From positions 37,820,001 to 37,884,000 of the forward strand of contig NC_043014.1 in assembly GCF_006345805.1 (NCBI RefSeq): a DNA stretch of 64,000 nt, given 5' to 3'. Position numbers and translations under genes: made by a program. Each line of letters begins with the position of its first letter. Within the stretch, counting starts at the first letter, position 1. The DNA is from Octopus sinensis. Lineage: Eukaryota. The notes under the pieces are model-generated. The model saw nothing but the letters and a program-made list of their open reading frames with translations. It did no database searches and was not told the DNA's origin. Shown piece after piece: positions 27,191 through 39,706 of the stretch.

Positions 27191-28133
27191 GATTGATAGA
27201 TATATAGATACATATGTATATATGTATAGGCAGTGATGGGATTCAAATGTTAATGTTTTATGGTTGTTCACACAAACTGGTAATTAAAATTACAAAAGTC
27301 TGCAGTATCAGTTCTTAAATTTTCTTCCTTCTTTGCATTGGTGTGATTTATAGAATATAAATATAGCTGGGCGGGGGGGGGGGGGGACAAACTAACAGGA
27401 AGTTTTCATGTCAGTAGCTAAATGATATATGATACTGTGAGTCGACTTCTGGGTCGTCAAGGAAAGGGTTGAAACCAACTAAATAAGTAACAATCATGCT
27501 GCTGATTTGTGTCAATGAAGACACAGAATAACATTTTGAGCATAGTTATTTATAATCAGGTGATCTTCAAATTCAGCAGCTCAAAATGAAAAAAATTGCT
27601 CAAACCCATTTGAATTACAAACTTAGAAATTTCTCAATAAGCTAGTAGCCACCTTCATACTTAACAAAAAATTCCAGCACATGATGATGATGATGATGAT
27701 GTAATTCACTTTTGATCATTAGAAGTTTAAATTCTTTTCAAGTTCTTTGATACTATTTTCTATAGTTTTGTTCAGGTTTTTAAAGATAGTTACAATTAAT
27801 ATTTGAATTTGGATTCAGGTTACATGAAAATGTTACTTTGAAATCTCAAAACAAACCCCCCAAAAAATCTTGAATTTTTTTTGTCTTCTTGCATATTAGA
27901 ATTTTACTGACTATACACTTTTACTCTTTTAATTGTTTCAGTCATTTGACTGTGGCCATGCTGGAGCGCCGCCTTTAGTCGAGCAAATCGACCCCTGGCC
28001 TTTTTCTTTGTAAGCCTAGTACTTATTCTATCGGTCTCTTTTGCTGAACTGCTAAGTTATGGGGACGTAAACATACAGTATTGGTTGTCAAGTGATGTTG
28101 GGGGGACAAACACAGACACACAAACACACACAC

Positions 28134-28164
<31 letters not shown>

Positions 28165-28579
28165 CGATGGGCCTCTTTCAGTTTCCGTTTACCAAATCCA
28201 CTCACAAGGCTTTGGTCGGCCCATGGCTATAGTAGAAGACACTTGCCCAAGATGCTACACAGGTGAAATACAAGTATTTTTTTTCTTTCAACAAGTGTAA
28301 TTCTTCAGTAGACATTTGAAGAAAAGAATTTTATTTCCCAAGTTATTTTTCTCTTAATTTCACTTTGAAATCCATAAATCACTCTATAAATTTTTTTTTC
28401 AACCTGTATTTTTGCATTTTACCAAAAACCTATTGAAATACAAAGGGCTTTTTTCAACACACCTGATTCTTCAATGGAGTTTAAAAATATAAACTTATTT
28501 TTCAATTCTTTGACAATATTTTCTCTAACTTCATATTTTTATTTTGCTCATATTTTTGAATGGTTATTAACATTAATAT

Positions 28580-28895
28580 GGAGGTGCAATGGCCCAGTGG
28601 TTAGGGCAGTGGACTCACGGTTGGAGGATCGTGGTTTCAATTCCCAGACCGTGCATTGTGTGTGTTTATTGAGTGAAAACACCTAAAGCTCCATGACGCT
28701 CTGGCAGGGGGTGGTGGCGACCCCTGTTGTACTCTTTCGCCCCAACTTTCTCTCACTCTTTCTTCTTGTTTCTTGAGTAATGCTGCAATAGACTGGCATC
28801 CCGTTCAGCTGGGGGGAACACATATGCCATAGAAACCGGGAAACCGGGCCCATGAGCCTGGATAGGCTTGAAAATGGTGCATAAATAATAAAAAT
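28580..28895 (+). mobile_element. tRNA-derived SINE (head-only copy at 46261-46355)
   Basis: Head ggaggtgcaatggcccagtggttagggc..ggtttcaattccc and an A-rich tail. Confidence 0.75.
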
Positions 28896-29150
28896 AAATT
28901 AACATTAATATATGCATTATTTCACTGAGGTTGACTTTGATATTCATCCTTCTGGGGTTGATAAGATAAGTACCAGTAGAGCACTGGGGTTAATATAATC
29001 AACTTATCTCATCCCCCAAAATTACTGAATTTGTGCTAAAATTTTAAAACCAATATCAATATTTGCATCATGTGACATGCAAATTTTGGTTTGAAATACC
29101 CACCAAACAACCTTTGAACTGCTGTTTTTACTTGTATTTTAGCATAAGTA

Positions 29151-29390
29151 CCATATTTTAACATGTATAAGGAACTCTTAAAATTAGGTGAAAAATTAGG
29201 TTAAAAAATTAGGTAAGAAATTAGGTTAAAAATTCGGTAAAAAATTCGGTAAAAAAAATTAGGTCATAAATTAGGTTAAGCAATATCGATCGTAATATGA
29301 TCTCTTACAAAAACTTTTTTGCAAATTTTAAGCCCCCAAAATTAGGGAATTCCTTATAGATGAGAGTTCCTTATACACATTAAAATATAG
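29151..29390. mobile_element. Tc1/pogo-like MITE with a roughly 12-bp AAAATTAGGT tandem core
   Basis: TA|ccatattttaacatgtataaggaactc...gagttccttatacacattaaaatatag|TA. Confidence 0.65.
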
Positions 29391-30851
29391 TATATTAAGC
29401 AAACAATTGTTGTAACAAATGACCATCATTTTCTTAATAGAAATTAATTTGTTTTAGCATGGCAAACCAAACAAACATCTAACATAAAAGAGACAAAGTC
29501 TTTTACGTGAAACTATGTTTTTCTTCTGTTAGTTAACCACGAAATGAACTTTTATTCAATAACTGGCCATGAAGATTGTTTATAATATTGAAGTACTTTC
29601 ACAATGCTCATTAACACAACTTGAACAATGCACCACCAGGAAAATATGATGATCCTCCTGAGAAAATTTCTAAAAAGTGATTCTAAGAACCAAGATCAAA
29701 GTAGTGGTTGAACAGCAAATCGCAATAGTAGGATGTGTTGACATTGTAAGATTGAAGAAACTATTCTAAATGACTAGAGTATGAATCAGGCTGAGGAATT
29801 CAAGAAAAGAATATGGTGGGCAACTTGTTATCCATAGGAATCTTATTTATGATCACTACAAAATTTGAGTTCATTATCGTTAAAGGAATATGGAATGTTG
29901 TATCACTAGGAACAAATATAGATACCCAATAGGTTTCTCTTTAAAAAAGAGATGAATGATTATTTTGTATCAAAAGTATATAATATATATGTAAAGTAAG
30001 GCAAGGAGCTGGCAGAATCATTAAGATGCTAGGCAAAATGCATGGTGACATTTCGTCTGTCTTTACATTCTGAGTTCAAATTTCAGCCAAGGTTGACTTT
30101 GCCTTTTACCCTTTTGGGGTCGATAAAATAAGTACCAGTTGAGCTCTGGGGATGACGTAATTCACTTAGCCCCTCCCCGCAAATTGCTGCCTTTGTGTCA
30201 AAATTTGAAACCAATATATACATAACTAGCACTATGACCCAGCAACGCCAGGTCATAGTGCTAGTGCATGCATATACAGCTGCGTGCGTGCTCACATACA
30301 CGCGAGTATTGTCCAAAGCTCTGACCAATCACATACAGCTAGCTGGCATTCAATTGGCGTATCAAGTTTCGGGCATTTTGATTGGGTTTTGGATAGAAAA
30401 TTCACAAAAAAGTCACTTCTATTGATTTTTTAATGGTTTTGCAGGTTGACTGGGGAAATATAAAGATATGCACGACCACCCTTGAACGGTTTTAAATGAC
30501 CATAAAAAGTGCGAGCCCTCTAACTAAAAAATTGTGGATTTGTATAGAGGACACACACACAGACATTTTGCCATTTATATATAGAGAGATGCAGCTGAAG
30601 GTAAGGGAAGAACAGTTTCTTAAAAAATTAGAATCCCACCACTGCATATGTATGTATGTGTGTGTGTGTGTGTGTGTGAGACACTAATTGTAACTGAAGC
30701 TGCTGAATCGCCTATATTGCAAGAAACAAGAGTTAAAACCCTAAATGCTGTATGAAGTGCACAGTGCACTTTATACAGCATTAAGGGTTTTACATTTATT
30801 TCTTACAGAATAGGTGCTATTCAACATCCTCAGTTATAATTAGTGATGACT

Positions 30852-30891
<40 letters not shown>

Positions 30892-30894
30892 TTT

Positions 30895-31510
30895 AGGTCT
30901 CACCAAGGAAATGACTAGAGATCGAGACCTATGGAAGTATGCTGTGCGTGAGAAGACCCGGCAAGACCAGTGAGAACAGTCAAAATCAAACCAAATCAAC
31001 ATCAGTGGAAATTGCAGCTGTGGTTAAGCGAACCATCCGATCGTTTGTCCGTTGCCAGCCTCGCCTGGCCCCCGTGCCGTTGGCACGTAAAAGCACCATC
31101 CGCTCGTGTCCGTTGCCAGCCTAGCCTGGCCCCCATGCCGGTAGCACGTAAAAGCACCATCCGTTCGTGTCCGTTGCCAGCCTCGCCTGGCCCCCGTGCC
31201 GTTGGCACATAAAAGCACCATCCGCTCGAGTCCGTAGCCTCGCCTGGCCCCCGTGCCGGTGGCACGTAAAAACACCATCCGTTCGTGGCCGTTTGCCAGC
31301 TCTGTCTGGCATCTGTGCAGGTGGCACGTAAAAAGCACCCACTACACTCACGGAGTGGTTGGCGTTAGGAAGGGCACCCAGCCGTAGAAACACTGCCAAA
31401 TCTGACTGGGCCTGATGAAGCCTTCCGGCTTCACAGACCCCAGTTAAACCGTCCAACCCATGCTAGCATAGAAAATGGACGCTAAATGATGATGATGATG
31501 ATGATGATGA
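30895..31510 (+). mobile_element. RTE LINE ORF end plus 3' UTR with internal roughly 57-bp minisatellite and (GAT)n tail. Related 3' ends at 9905-10275, 16395-16835, 21290-21550 (+) and 34820-36003, 37255-38570, 43765-43990 (-)
   Basis: Begins with the ORF end LTKEMTRDRDLWKYAVREKTRQDQ*, then repeats, then ggaagggca(c/t)ccagccgtagaaac...(gat)n. Confidence 0.82.
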
Positions 31511-34500
31511 TGATATATATATTTATGCATGCATCTCTCACTATATTTAAACATGGACGGAGAATATAGCAAACATATTTCTCCGAAATAGTCCTCCCAC
31601 TTGTAAGATACATTTAGTATAACACAAATAAGAACATAAGCACCTTTCAAGCAAACAGGTACTTATTGCACTCTGACTTTTCATTATATATTTTGCTTAT
31701 TTGAATTATTTTTACTGGCCACTTTATCATTTCTATAGATAATAATTTATTTGAATTTTAAATATATATATATATATATATATATACATACACACACGCA
31801 CACTGCAATCCATCCATACACACATACATGCATATACATACATTCATATACATATATGCATACATACATACATACATACATACATACATACATACATACA
31901 TACATACATACATACATACATACAAACTCACATGCACATCCCTTATCTTATAAATTTATGTCTTTACATGCATGTTAGTCATGGAAGATCTTGAATTCAT
32001 GACCTGCTGACAAAATATTTGTTATCAACAGTTGTCTTGATATTAAAGTTGTTTTGGCAAATTAAGTGTGTAATCAGGCAGATGTTAATAAAATACTTAT
32101 GTAAATATTGTTTTCTGTAGATCTTTGCTGTTGTTTCATCAGATAAAAATAAAATCACGAAAAAAAAAAATTGCAAAGATAACATTTCACAAACCTAAGA
32201 TTTTTGAAATCCATCAAGATTTTAAATATTTCATTTGTTCTCTCAAATCATTCTCATTTCATCCTCTTCTATGGACTAACACAAGGAGGTCCTTATGAAA
32301 GCCCTTATGAAAGGACATCAATACCACCAACACAAGATGAGAGTAAAGCTTAGCACATCCAGCGTGCCAGATCTGCTGGATATCTCTAGGATTTTTGACC
32401 AACTGTCTCCATGCCATATGGCTGTGCAAGCAGGGCTTGGGTATACTCAGCAATGACAATAACAGCAGGAACATCACCAGCACCGCCCTTTCTACGCAAC
32501 TGAGAAGTAGCTCAACCACAGCAGACTAGTCACAAATTGATTCCCTGACAATTAGAATCTGCAGTACTTTAAGATGGGCCCCAGATTGGATTTATCTTCT
32601 TCTTCTTCTCCTCCTCATAAGAGGAGAGTGGAGTGGATTTTTGGGCTGTGTGACTGACCTTTCTTTTTGTGATCTAGCTGAATAAAAGAAAATAGACACA
32701 AACAAAGAAATGTGGACAGCAAACAACTGATTTGTCTAATGATATGCAAGAGGACTACATCAGGCTAGTAGTGATCCAGTGTGTCTGAGGTCATTGGATT
32801 ATTCATGAATCATAGAAAATACAAATACAATAGAGGTACCATAAACACAGTCTCACACATGTGTATACATATACTTGTAGGGCCATGCATTTATATGTGT
32901 GTTTGTGTGTGTGTGTGAAAATTTTCTTATGTCCAAATAAATTAAAATACTTAAATAACATTATGAATAAATTATATTCTGAATGATATATTTTTTAATA
33001 TGAGTATGCAAAAAAGAAAAAGAAAAAAGAAAAAATTTACACTGTTTAATTATTTTATATAGTATTTGCTGGCCTGTTACTGTTAATAAAGGTTAATGTT
33101 AAGAGAACATTAAAAAATAGTGTTGCAGCTAGTTAATTTGATAGATAATCAAACAAATAGACAAATATATAGTCATAAATATAGAGATGGATAGATTCAT
33201 AATTAGATAGAGAGATAGATAAACAGGCAAAAAGATAAGCAGACAGATAGACAAATTATTAGACAGAGAGAGAGAGAGAGAGAGAGAGATGCAAGCAGCT
33301 CACTAGTTCTGGTGAAACTGTGAAAGCTATGGGAACAGCCCAGTCCTCCAAACCAAACCAAAATAAATAAAAAAGTTCAATATAAATAAATAGCAATAAA
33401 TATTAATTTATTTCCTGGTCTCTTTTCCTCTGCAATGTTCAATCTGATAATAGAGTAGTCTTAATACATAAGCAGAATGCATAATTCGACACCAAAAGTC
33501 CAGTGGTAGGCTTTGAAGATCCTCTTGAACAAATAAGTGGCAGAAAATGTGATGAGTCCTACTAAAGCAGTTCCTATAAAACAAAAGCAGATGGGAATTT
33601 GGGGCACAGCACTGGTGGTGGAAGTTATCCTTTCTGGTACTGACCTTTGAACAAAAGAAACATTTTTATCCTAGGCACAATTATTTCTTATCCTGATACC
33701 ATAAAAAAGTAGTTTAGTTCAAAGAAAGGAAATAACATCATTACTTCATTGTATTGTTTTTCGAGCTTTGGTTCACCATAAATGATGGACTTAATAGAAA
33801 TATTTGAAAAAGACAAAAAAAGTACAAGAGTGACTGGATGGTTACTGATGTGAAGTTGAATTTATGGTAATCGTCTCTGAGAGAAATTTGACAAACAGAA
33901 CAAGACTATATTAGAATCTCAGGGAAAGAGGACTCTTCTCAAAATTCGAGATATCTATGACATTTTTCTATCTTTCCTTGGGGTAGAAGAGCTTGGTTCA
34001 AAGGAGATTTGATTGCTACTTCTACTGGACGAGTCACTGTGCAGAGCTTTCTTTGCTGGTTTCACGAAAAAAGTATAGGAAGAGAATGGATCAACTTTCA
34101 AACATAAGCAGTAGAACAATAACCAAATGAATTAAATTCTACTCCTTGAAGCAGCTTGTCATTTTCCTTATAAAACTAAGTAGGGTGTTGGTAGTATTTA
34201 ATGTTTTTTTATATTTATTAGATAAAGCTTTTTAGTTTTTTTCTTGATGATTTTAGAAATTGTTGTAGTGTACCTCAGAAATATATATACATACATGCAT
34301 ATAAAAATACATAGCTATATATGCATGCACAAGTACTCATACATTTCTATACATATAGACTCACACACACACACGTGTATGTGTGTGTATGTATGCATAT
34401 AAGCATGTATGTATGTATGTATGTATGTATGTATGTATGTATGTATGTATGTATGTTGTATGTATGTATGTATGTGTGTGTGGTTTGTATGCATGAATGC

Positions 34501-34994
34501 ATGTATACATATATACTTACTTGTATCTATTTATATATTTATATATACATATATATGCGTGTGTGCGTGTGTGTGTATGAATATATGGATAGAGCTTACT
34601 TGGAAATGGTTGTGTGGCATTCAGTCATATAATAATATAAATAATATATATATACATACATATATGAACATACTTACATATATATGTATATACATATGCA
34701 TATGTGGGCACAGGATGTCACATGCATATGTATATACATATATGTGTAAGTATGTACACATATGTATGTATATATGCATATATATATTATTTATATGAAT
34801 ATATACATATTCATATATATCATCATCATCATCATCATCATTTAACGTTCGCTTTCCATGCTAGCATGGGTTGGACGGTTCAACTGGTGTCTGGGGAGCC
34901 CGAAGGCTGCACCAGGCCAGTCAGATCTGGCAGTGTTTCTACAGCTGGATGCCCTTCCTAACACCAACCACTCCGAGAGTGTAGTGGGTGATTT

Positions 34995-36003
34995 TATGTG
35001 CCACCGACACAGGTGCCAGACGAGGCTGGCGAACGGCCACGCTCGGATGGTGTTTTTATGTGCCACCAACACAGGTGCCAGACAAGGCTGGCAGACGACC
35101 ACGCTCGGATGGTGCTTTTTATGTGCCACCGACACAGGTGCCAGACGAGGCTGGCGAACGGCCACGCTCGGATGGTGTTTTTATGTGCCACCGACACAGG
35201 TGCCAGACGACCACGCTTGGATGGTGTTTTTATGTGCCACCGACACAGGTGCCAGACGAGGCTGGCGAACGGCCACGCTCGGATGGTGTTTTTATGTGCC
35301 ACCGACACAGGTGCCAGACAAGGCTAGCAGACGACCACGCTCGGATGGTGTTTTTTTTATGTGCCACCGACACAGGTGCCAGACGAGGCTGACGGACGGC
35401 CACGCTCGGATGGTGTTTTTATGTGCCACCGACACAGGTGCCAGACAAGGCTAGCAGACGGCCACGCTCGGATGGTGTTTTTTTTATGTGCCACCGACAC
35501 AGGTGCCAGACGAGGCTGACGGACGGCCACGCTCGGATGGTGTTTTTATGTGCCACCGACACAGGTGCCAGACAAGGCTAGCAGACGGCCACGCTCGGAT
35601 GTGTTTTTATGTGCCACCGACACAGGTGCCAGACAAGGCTAGCAGACGACCACGCTCGGATGGTGTTTTTTTTATGTGCCACCGACACAGGTGCCAGACG
35701 AGGCTGACGGACGGCCACGCTCGGATGGTGTTTTTATGTGCTACCGACACAGGTGCCAGACAAGGCTAGCAGACGACCACGCTCGGATGGTGTTTTTATG
35801 TGCCACCGACACAGGTGCCAGACAAGGCTAGCAGACGACCACGCTCGGATGGTGTTTTTTTTATGTGCCACCGACACAGGTGCCAGACGAGGCTGACGGA
35901 CGGCCACGCTCGGATGGTGTTTTTATGTGCTACCGACACAGGTGCCAGACAAGGCTAGCAGACGACCACGCTCGGATGGTGTTTTTTTTATGTGCCACCG
36001 ACA
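34995..36003. repeat. About 62-bp minisatellite, about 16.5 units, expanded inside an RTE 3' UTR
   Basis: Unit gtgccaccgacacaggtgccagacNaggctNNNNgacgNccacgctcggatggtgttttttat, counted 16 times plus a partial unit. Confidence 0.95.
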
Positions 36004-36177
36004 CAATATTTATATATGCATATGTGTGTGCGTGTGTGTGTGTGTGTGTGCTTGTGCATGCATAATTGCACCTGTTGGGTTTTCTTTAATAATATACCAC
36101 ACCAGAAGAGGTCAATTTATACAGTTTACCTTCTTTAGTAAATCAAATTGTGTGACATTTCCATACATAAGTGGTTT

Positions 36178-36210
<33 letters not shown>

Positions 36211-37211
36211 GGTATTGAAAATTACTGTTGTGACAAGTAATAAAAGCATTCATATGTGTACACATAATGCCTAAATAAAATAAGCAGTGAACAAAACGAC
36301 ATGTTAAAGAATAGAGAGATATAATTTAAAACGAGAAAATTGTTAGAAAAAAATTATTAAGATTTTTGAGATTATAAAAATATCAAAATTATTATGAAAA
36401 AAATTATAAACATAAATATTTGAAATGAACTTCATTTGACTAGAAAAATAAAATTTTAATCAGTGAGAAATAGAAATAGTCCAGAAATAATTAAGGAATT
36501 ATTATGAAATATTTTGTAATAAAAATATATATGAAAGGCACTTTATAAAATGAACATAAAATTATAGAAATAAAATATAAAAGGACAAGTAACAAACAGG
36601 AAGTGAATTTCTTTCTATCCGCCATTTTGATTTCTGCATCCAGCGTTTGTAACATCAACCTTGAGTAGCCACATGTGAAGAATTTTTTGTTTTTGTGTAT
36701 ACTTTTTGGCTCTGCTGGTACTGAATGTAGACTTGGAACACTTTAAACAAGAGGCTTTTTTAATTTTAAAAAATTTTTGGGATTGCGGGAGATATCTTGT
36801 TGTCCACCGAGAATATATTAACTTGCTCTTTCTATCAGGTGATGGCTGTTTATTTTACACCCACATCGGCAACTTCCTTACATCATAACAGCGACTCCCT
36901 TTTGATGCAGTCAAAAATGTAAAAGAGAGAATAAAGAAATCATATAACAGACAGCTAGAACGTACAATCGGTTGGAAAATTACACAGATGATGGATACAA
37001 AGAATAAAAGTAGAATAAAATAAAAAATTTCAATGAGAATTGTGAAAAATATATCTAAATTATAAAACTAAATATATTATTTCTTTAGTTTTATATTTCT
37101 GATTGTATTGTCTTTCTACATCATATGCCTGCATATATATATATATTTCTGATTGCCTGCATATATATATATTTATATTTCTGATTGTATTGTCTTTCTA
37201 CATCATATGCC

Positions 37212-37254
<43 letters not shown>

Positions 37255-38780
37255 CATCATCATCATCATCATCATCATTTAACGTCCGCTTTCCATGCTA
37301 GCATGGGTTGGACGGTTCAACTGGGGTCTGGGGAGCCCGAAAGCTGCACCAGTCCAGTCAGATCTGGCAGTGTTTCTACAGCTGGATGCCCTTCCTAACG
37401 CCAACCACTCCGAGAGTGTAGTGGGTGATTTTATGTGCCACCGACACAGGTGCCAGACAAGGCTGGCAAACGGCCACGCTCGGATGGTGTTTTTATGTGC
37501 CACCGACACAGGTGCCAGACGAGGCTGGCAGACGGCCACGCTCGGATGGTGTTTTTATGTGCCACCGACACAGGTGCCAGATGAGGCTGGCAAAACGGCC
37601 ACGATCGGATGGTGCTTGTTACGTGCCCACAGCACGGAGGCCAGTCGATGCGGTACTGGCTACGGCCACGTTCGGATGGTTTTCTTGTGTGCCACGTGCC
37701 ACCTGGCACTGGTACCACAAGGATACAAATTCCATTGATGTTCATCTATTTTGATTTGTTTTGATTTGATTTGATTTTCACTTGCCTCAACAGGTCTTCA
37801 CAAGTGTCACAAGAAGGTAGGTATGCACAGGTGGACTGACTACGTCCCAGGTAGGGGCCATGGGTTATGGCCTGACTAGTCTTGCCGGGTCTTCGGATGG
37901 TGTTTTTATGTGCCACCGACACAGGTGCTAGATGAGGCTGGCGAACGGCCATGATCGGATGGGGTTTGTCATGTGCCCACCGCACTGACTACAGCACTGA
38001 TGGATTTCTTGTGTGCCACAGGCACTGGTACCACAAGATACAAATTCCATTGATGTTCATCTATTTGTCTATTTTGATTTGATTTGATTTGATTTGATTT
38101 TCACTTGCCTCAACCGGTCTTCACAGGTGTCACAAGAGGAAGGTATGCACAGGTGGACTGACTAGTCTTGCCGGGTCTTCGGAAGGTGTTTTTATGTGCC
38201 ACCGACACAGGTGCCAGATGAGGCTGGCGAACGGCCATGATCGGATGGTGTTTGTTACGTGCCCACAGCACGGAGGCCGGTCGATGCGGAACTGACTACG
38301 GCCACGTTCGGATGGTTCTCTTGTGTGCCACCGGCACTGGTACCACAAAGTGTGTGCCACCGGCACTGGTACCACAAAGATACAGATTCCATTGATGTTC
38401 ATCTATTTTGATTTGTTTTGATTTTGATTTTGATTTTGATTTTCACTTGCCTCAACAGGTCTTCACAAGTGTCACAAGAAGGAAGGTATGCACAGGTGGA
38501 CTGACTACGTCCCAGGTAGGGGCCATGGGTTATGGCCTGACTAGTCTTGCCGGGTCTTCGGCAAGACTATATGTATATATATATATGTATATATATATGT
38601 ATATATATGTATATATATATTTGATATAATTTATAGAAGACATGAAATAGAAGAAGCAATATAAACATAGATATGCAGAACAAAAAGGCACCCAGAAATT
38701 CAGAAATGTATAAGATAATAGTTCTTTATATATATTATATATATATATAAGTATCAGATAATAATAAAATTGAAATTTAC

Positions 38781-38924
38781 CACCAATGACTCCGAATGTT
38801 ATGATTAGCATCTCCACATTTATGGCAAAAACACTGAGTAGTAGTCCAAATGATCCAAATATGCTGCCAAGAATGATAACAAATCGGTGACCAAAGCGAG
38901 ACATGAGGGCACTGGCTAAAGGAC
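38781..38924 (-). CDS. SLC16: SLC16/MCT-family transporter exon (motif A loop, TM3-TM4)
   Basis: 144 nt, ttcattttctag|GT...TGGTG|gtaaat, phase 1 to 1. Encodes GPLASALMSRFGHRFVIILGSIFGSFGLLLSVFAINVEMLIITFGVIG, with the MFS motif A-like GPxxSxLxxRFGxR. Confidence 0.93.
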
Positions 38925-39131
38925 CTAGAAAATGAAGAAATGGAATATATATAATTATTACATAAATTGAAGTTGATCTGATTCGAGGAGGGAATAGAAA
39001 AAAAGAAAGCTGGTTAAGTACCTGGCAAAATTCTGCTTTAAGGTTACCATATAACCCCTCATAACTTTTTTATTTACATTATTTACATTATTTACATTCA
39101 ACAGATATTTGTCCTCATCTTGCTTGCTGTT

Positions 39132-39177
39132 AACACAACATTTCGGCTGATATACCCTCCAGCCTTCATCAGGTGTC
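39132..39177 (-). ncRNA. Minimal type I hammerhead ribozyme motif, near complete
   Basis: gacac-CUGAUGA-a-ggcug(gaggguauau)cagcc-GAAA-U-GUU-guguu. Has an extra A after A9, U at 15.2 and no stem III loop. Confidence 0.65.
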
Positions 39178-39264
39178 TTGGGGAAATTTCGAACTTGGGT
39201 TCTCTTTCCTAAGGAATTTTTTGATGTTATTATTATTATCATTATTATAATTATTATTATTATA

Positions 39265-39388
<124 letters not shown>

Positions 39389-39649
39389 TCACTACTAACC
39401 CCAAGATTCTGAGTTCAATTCCAGGCAGTGAAGGTGCATGGCTCAGCGGTTAGAGTGTCGAGCTTATGATCGTGAGGTTGTGAGCTCGAATCATACAAAC
39501 TTTGTACGAGTCTATATCTCATAGAATTCAAGCTGTAATTACTGGCAAAGGCAGTCCTACCCTATATTAAAATAATTTTGTTTGAAATTTTAAGGTATTT
39601 CCATTATTTTGTTCAACCCCTGTATCATCATCATCATCATCATCATTAC

Positions 39650-39706
<57 letters not shown>

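Noticed and set aside
34842-36065. Multiple 100-198 aa ORFs on both strands
   Set aside because: Artefacts of the 62-bp minisatellite. The array is also not CRISPR: units are contiguous with no unique spacers, and the DNA is eukaryotic.
36595-36640. Adjacent ETS-like (CAGGAAGTG) and YY1-like (CCGCCATTTT) motifs
   Set aside because: Short motifs in the middle of an intron with no other promoter evidence.
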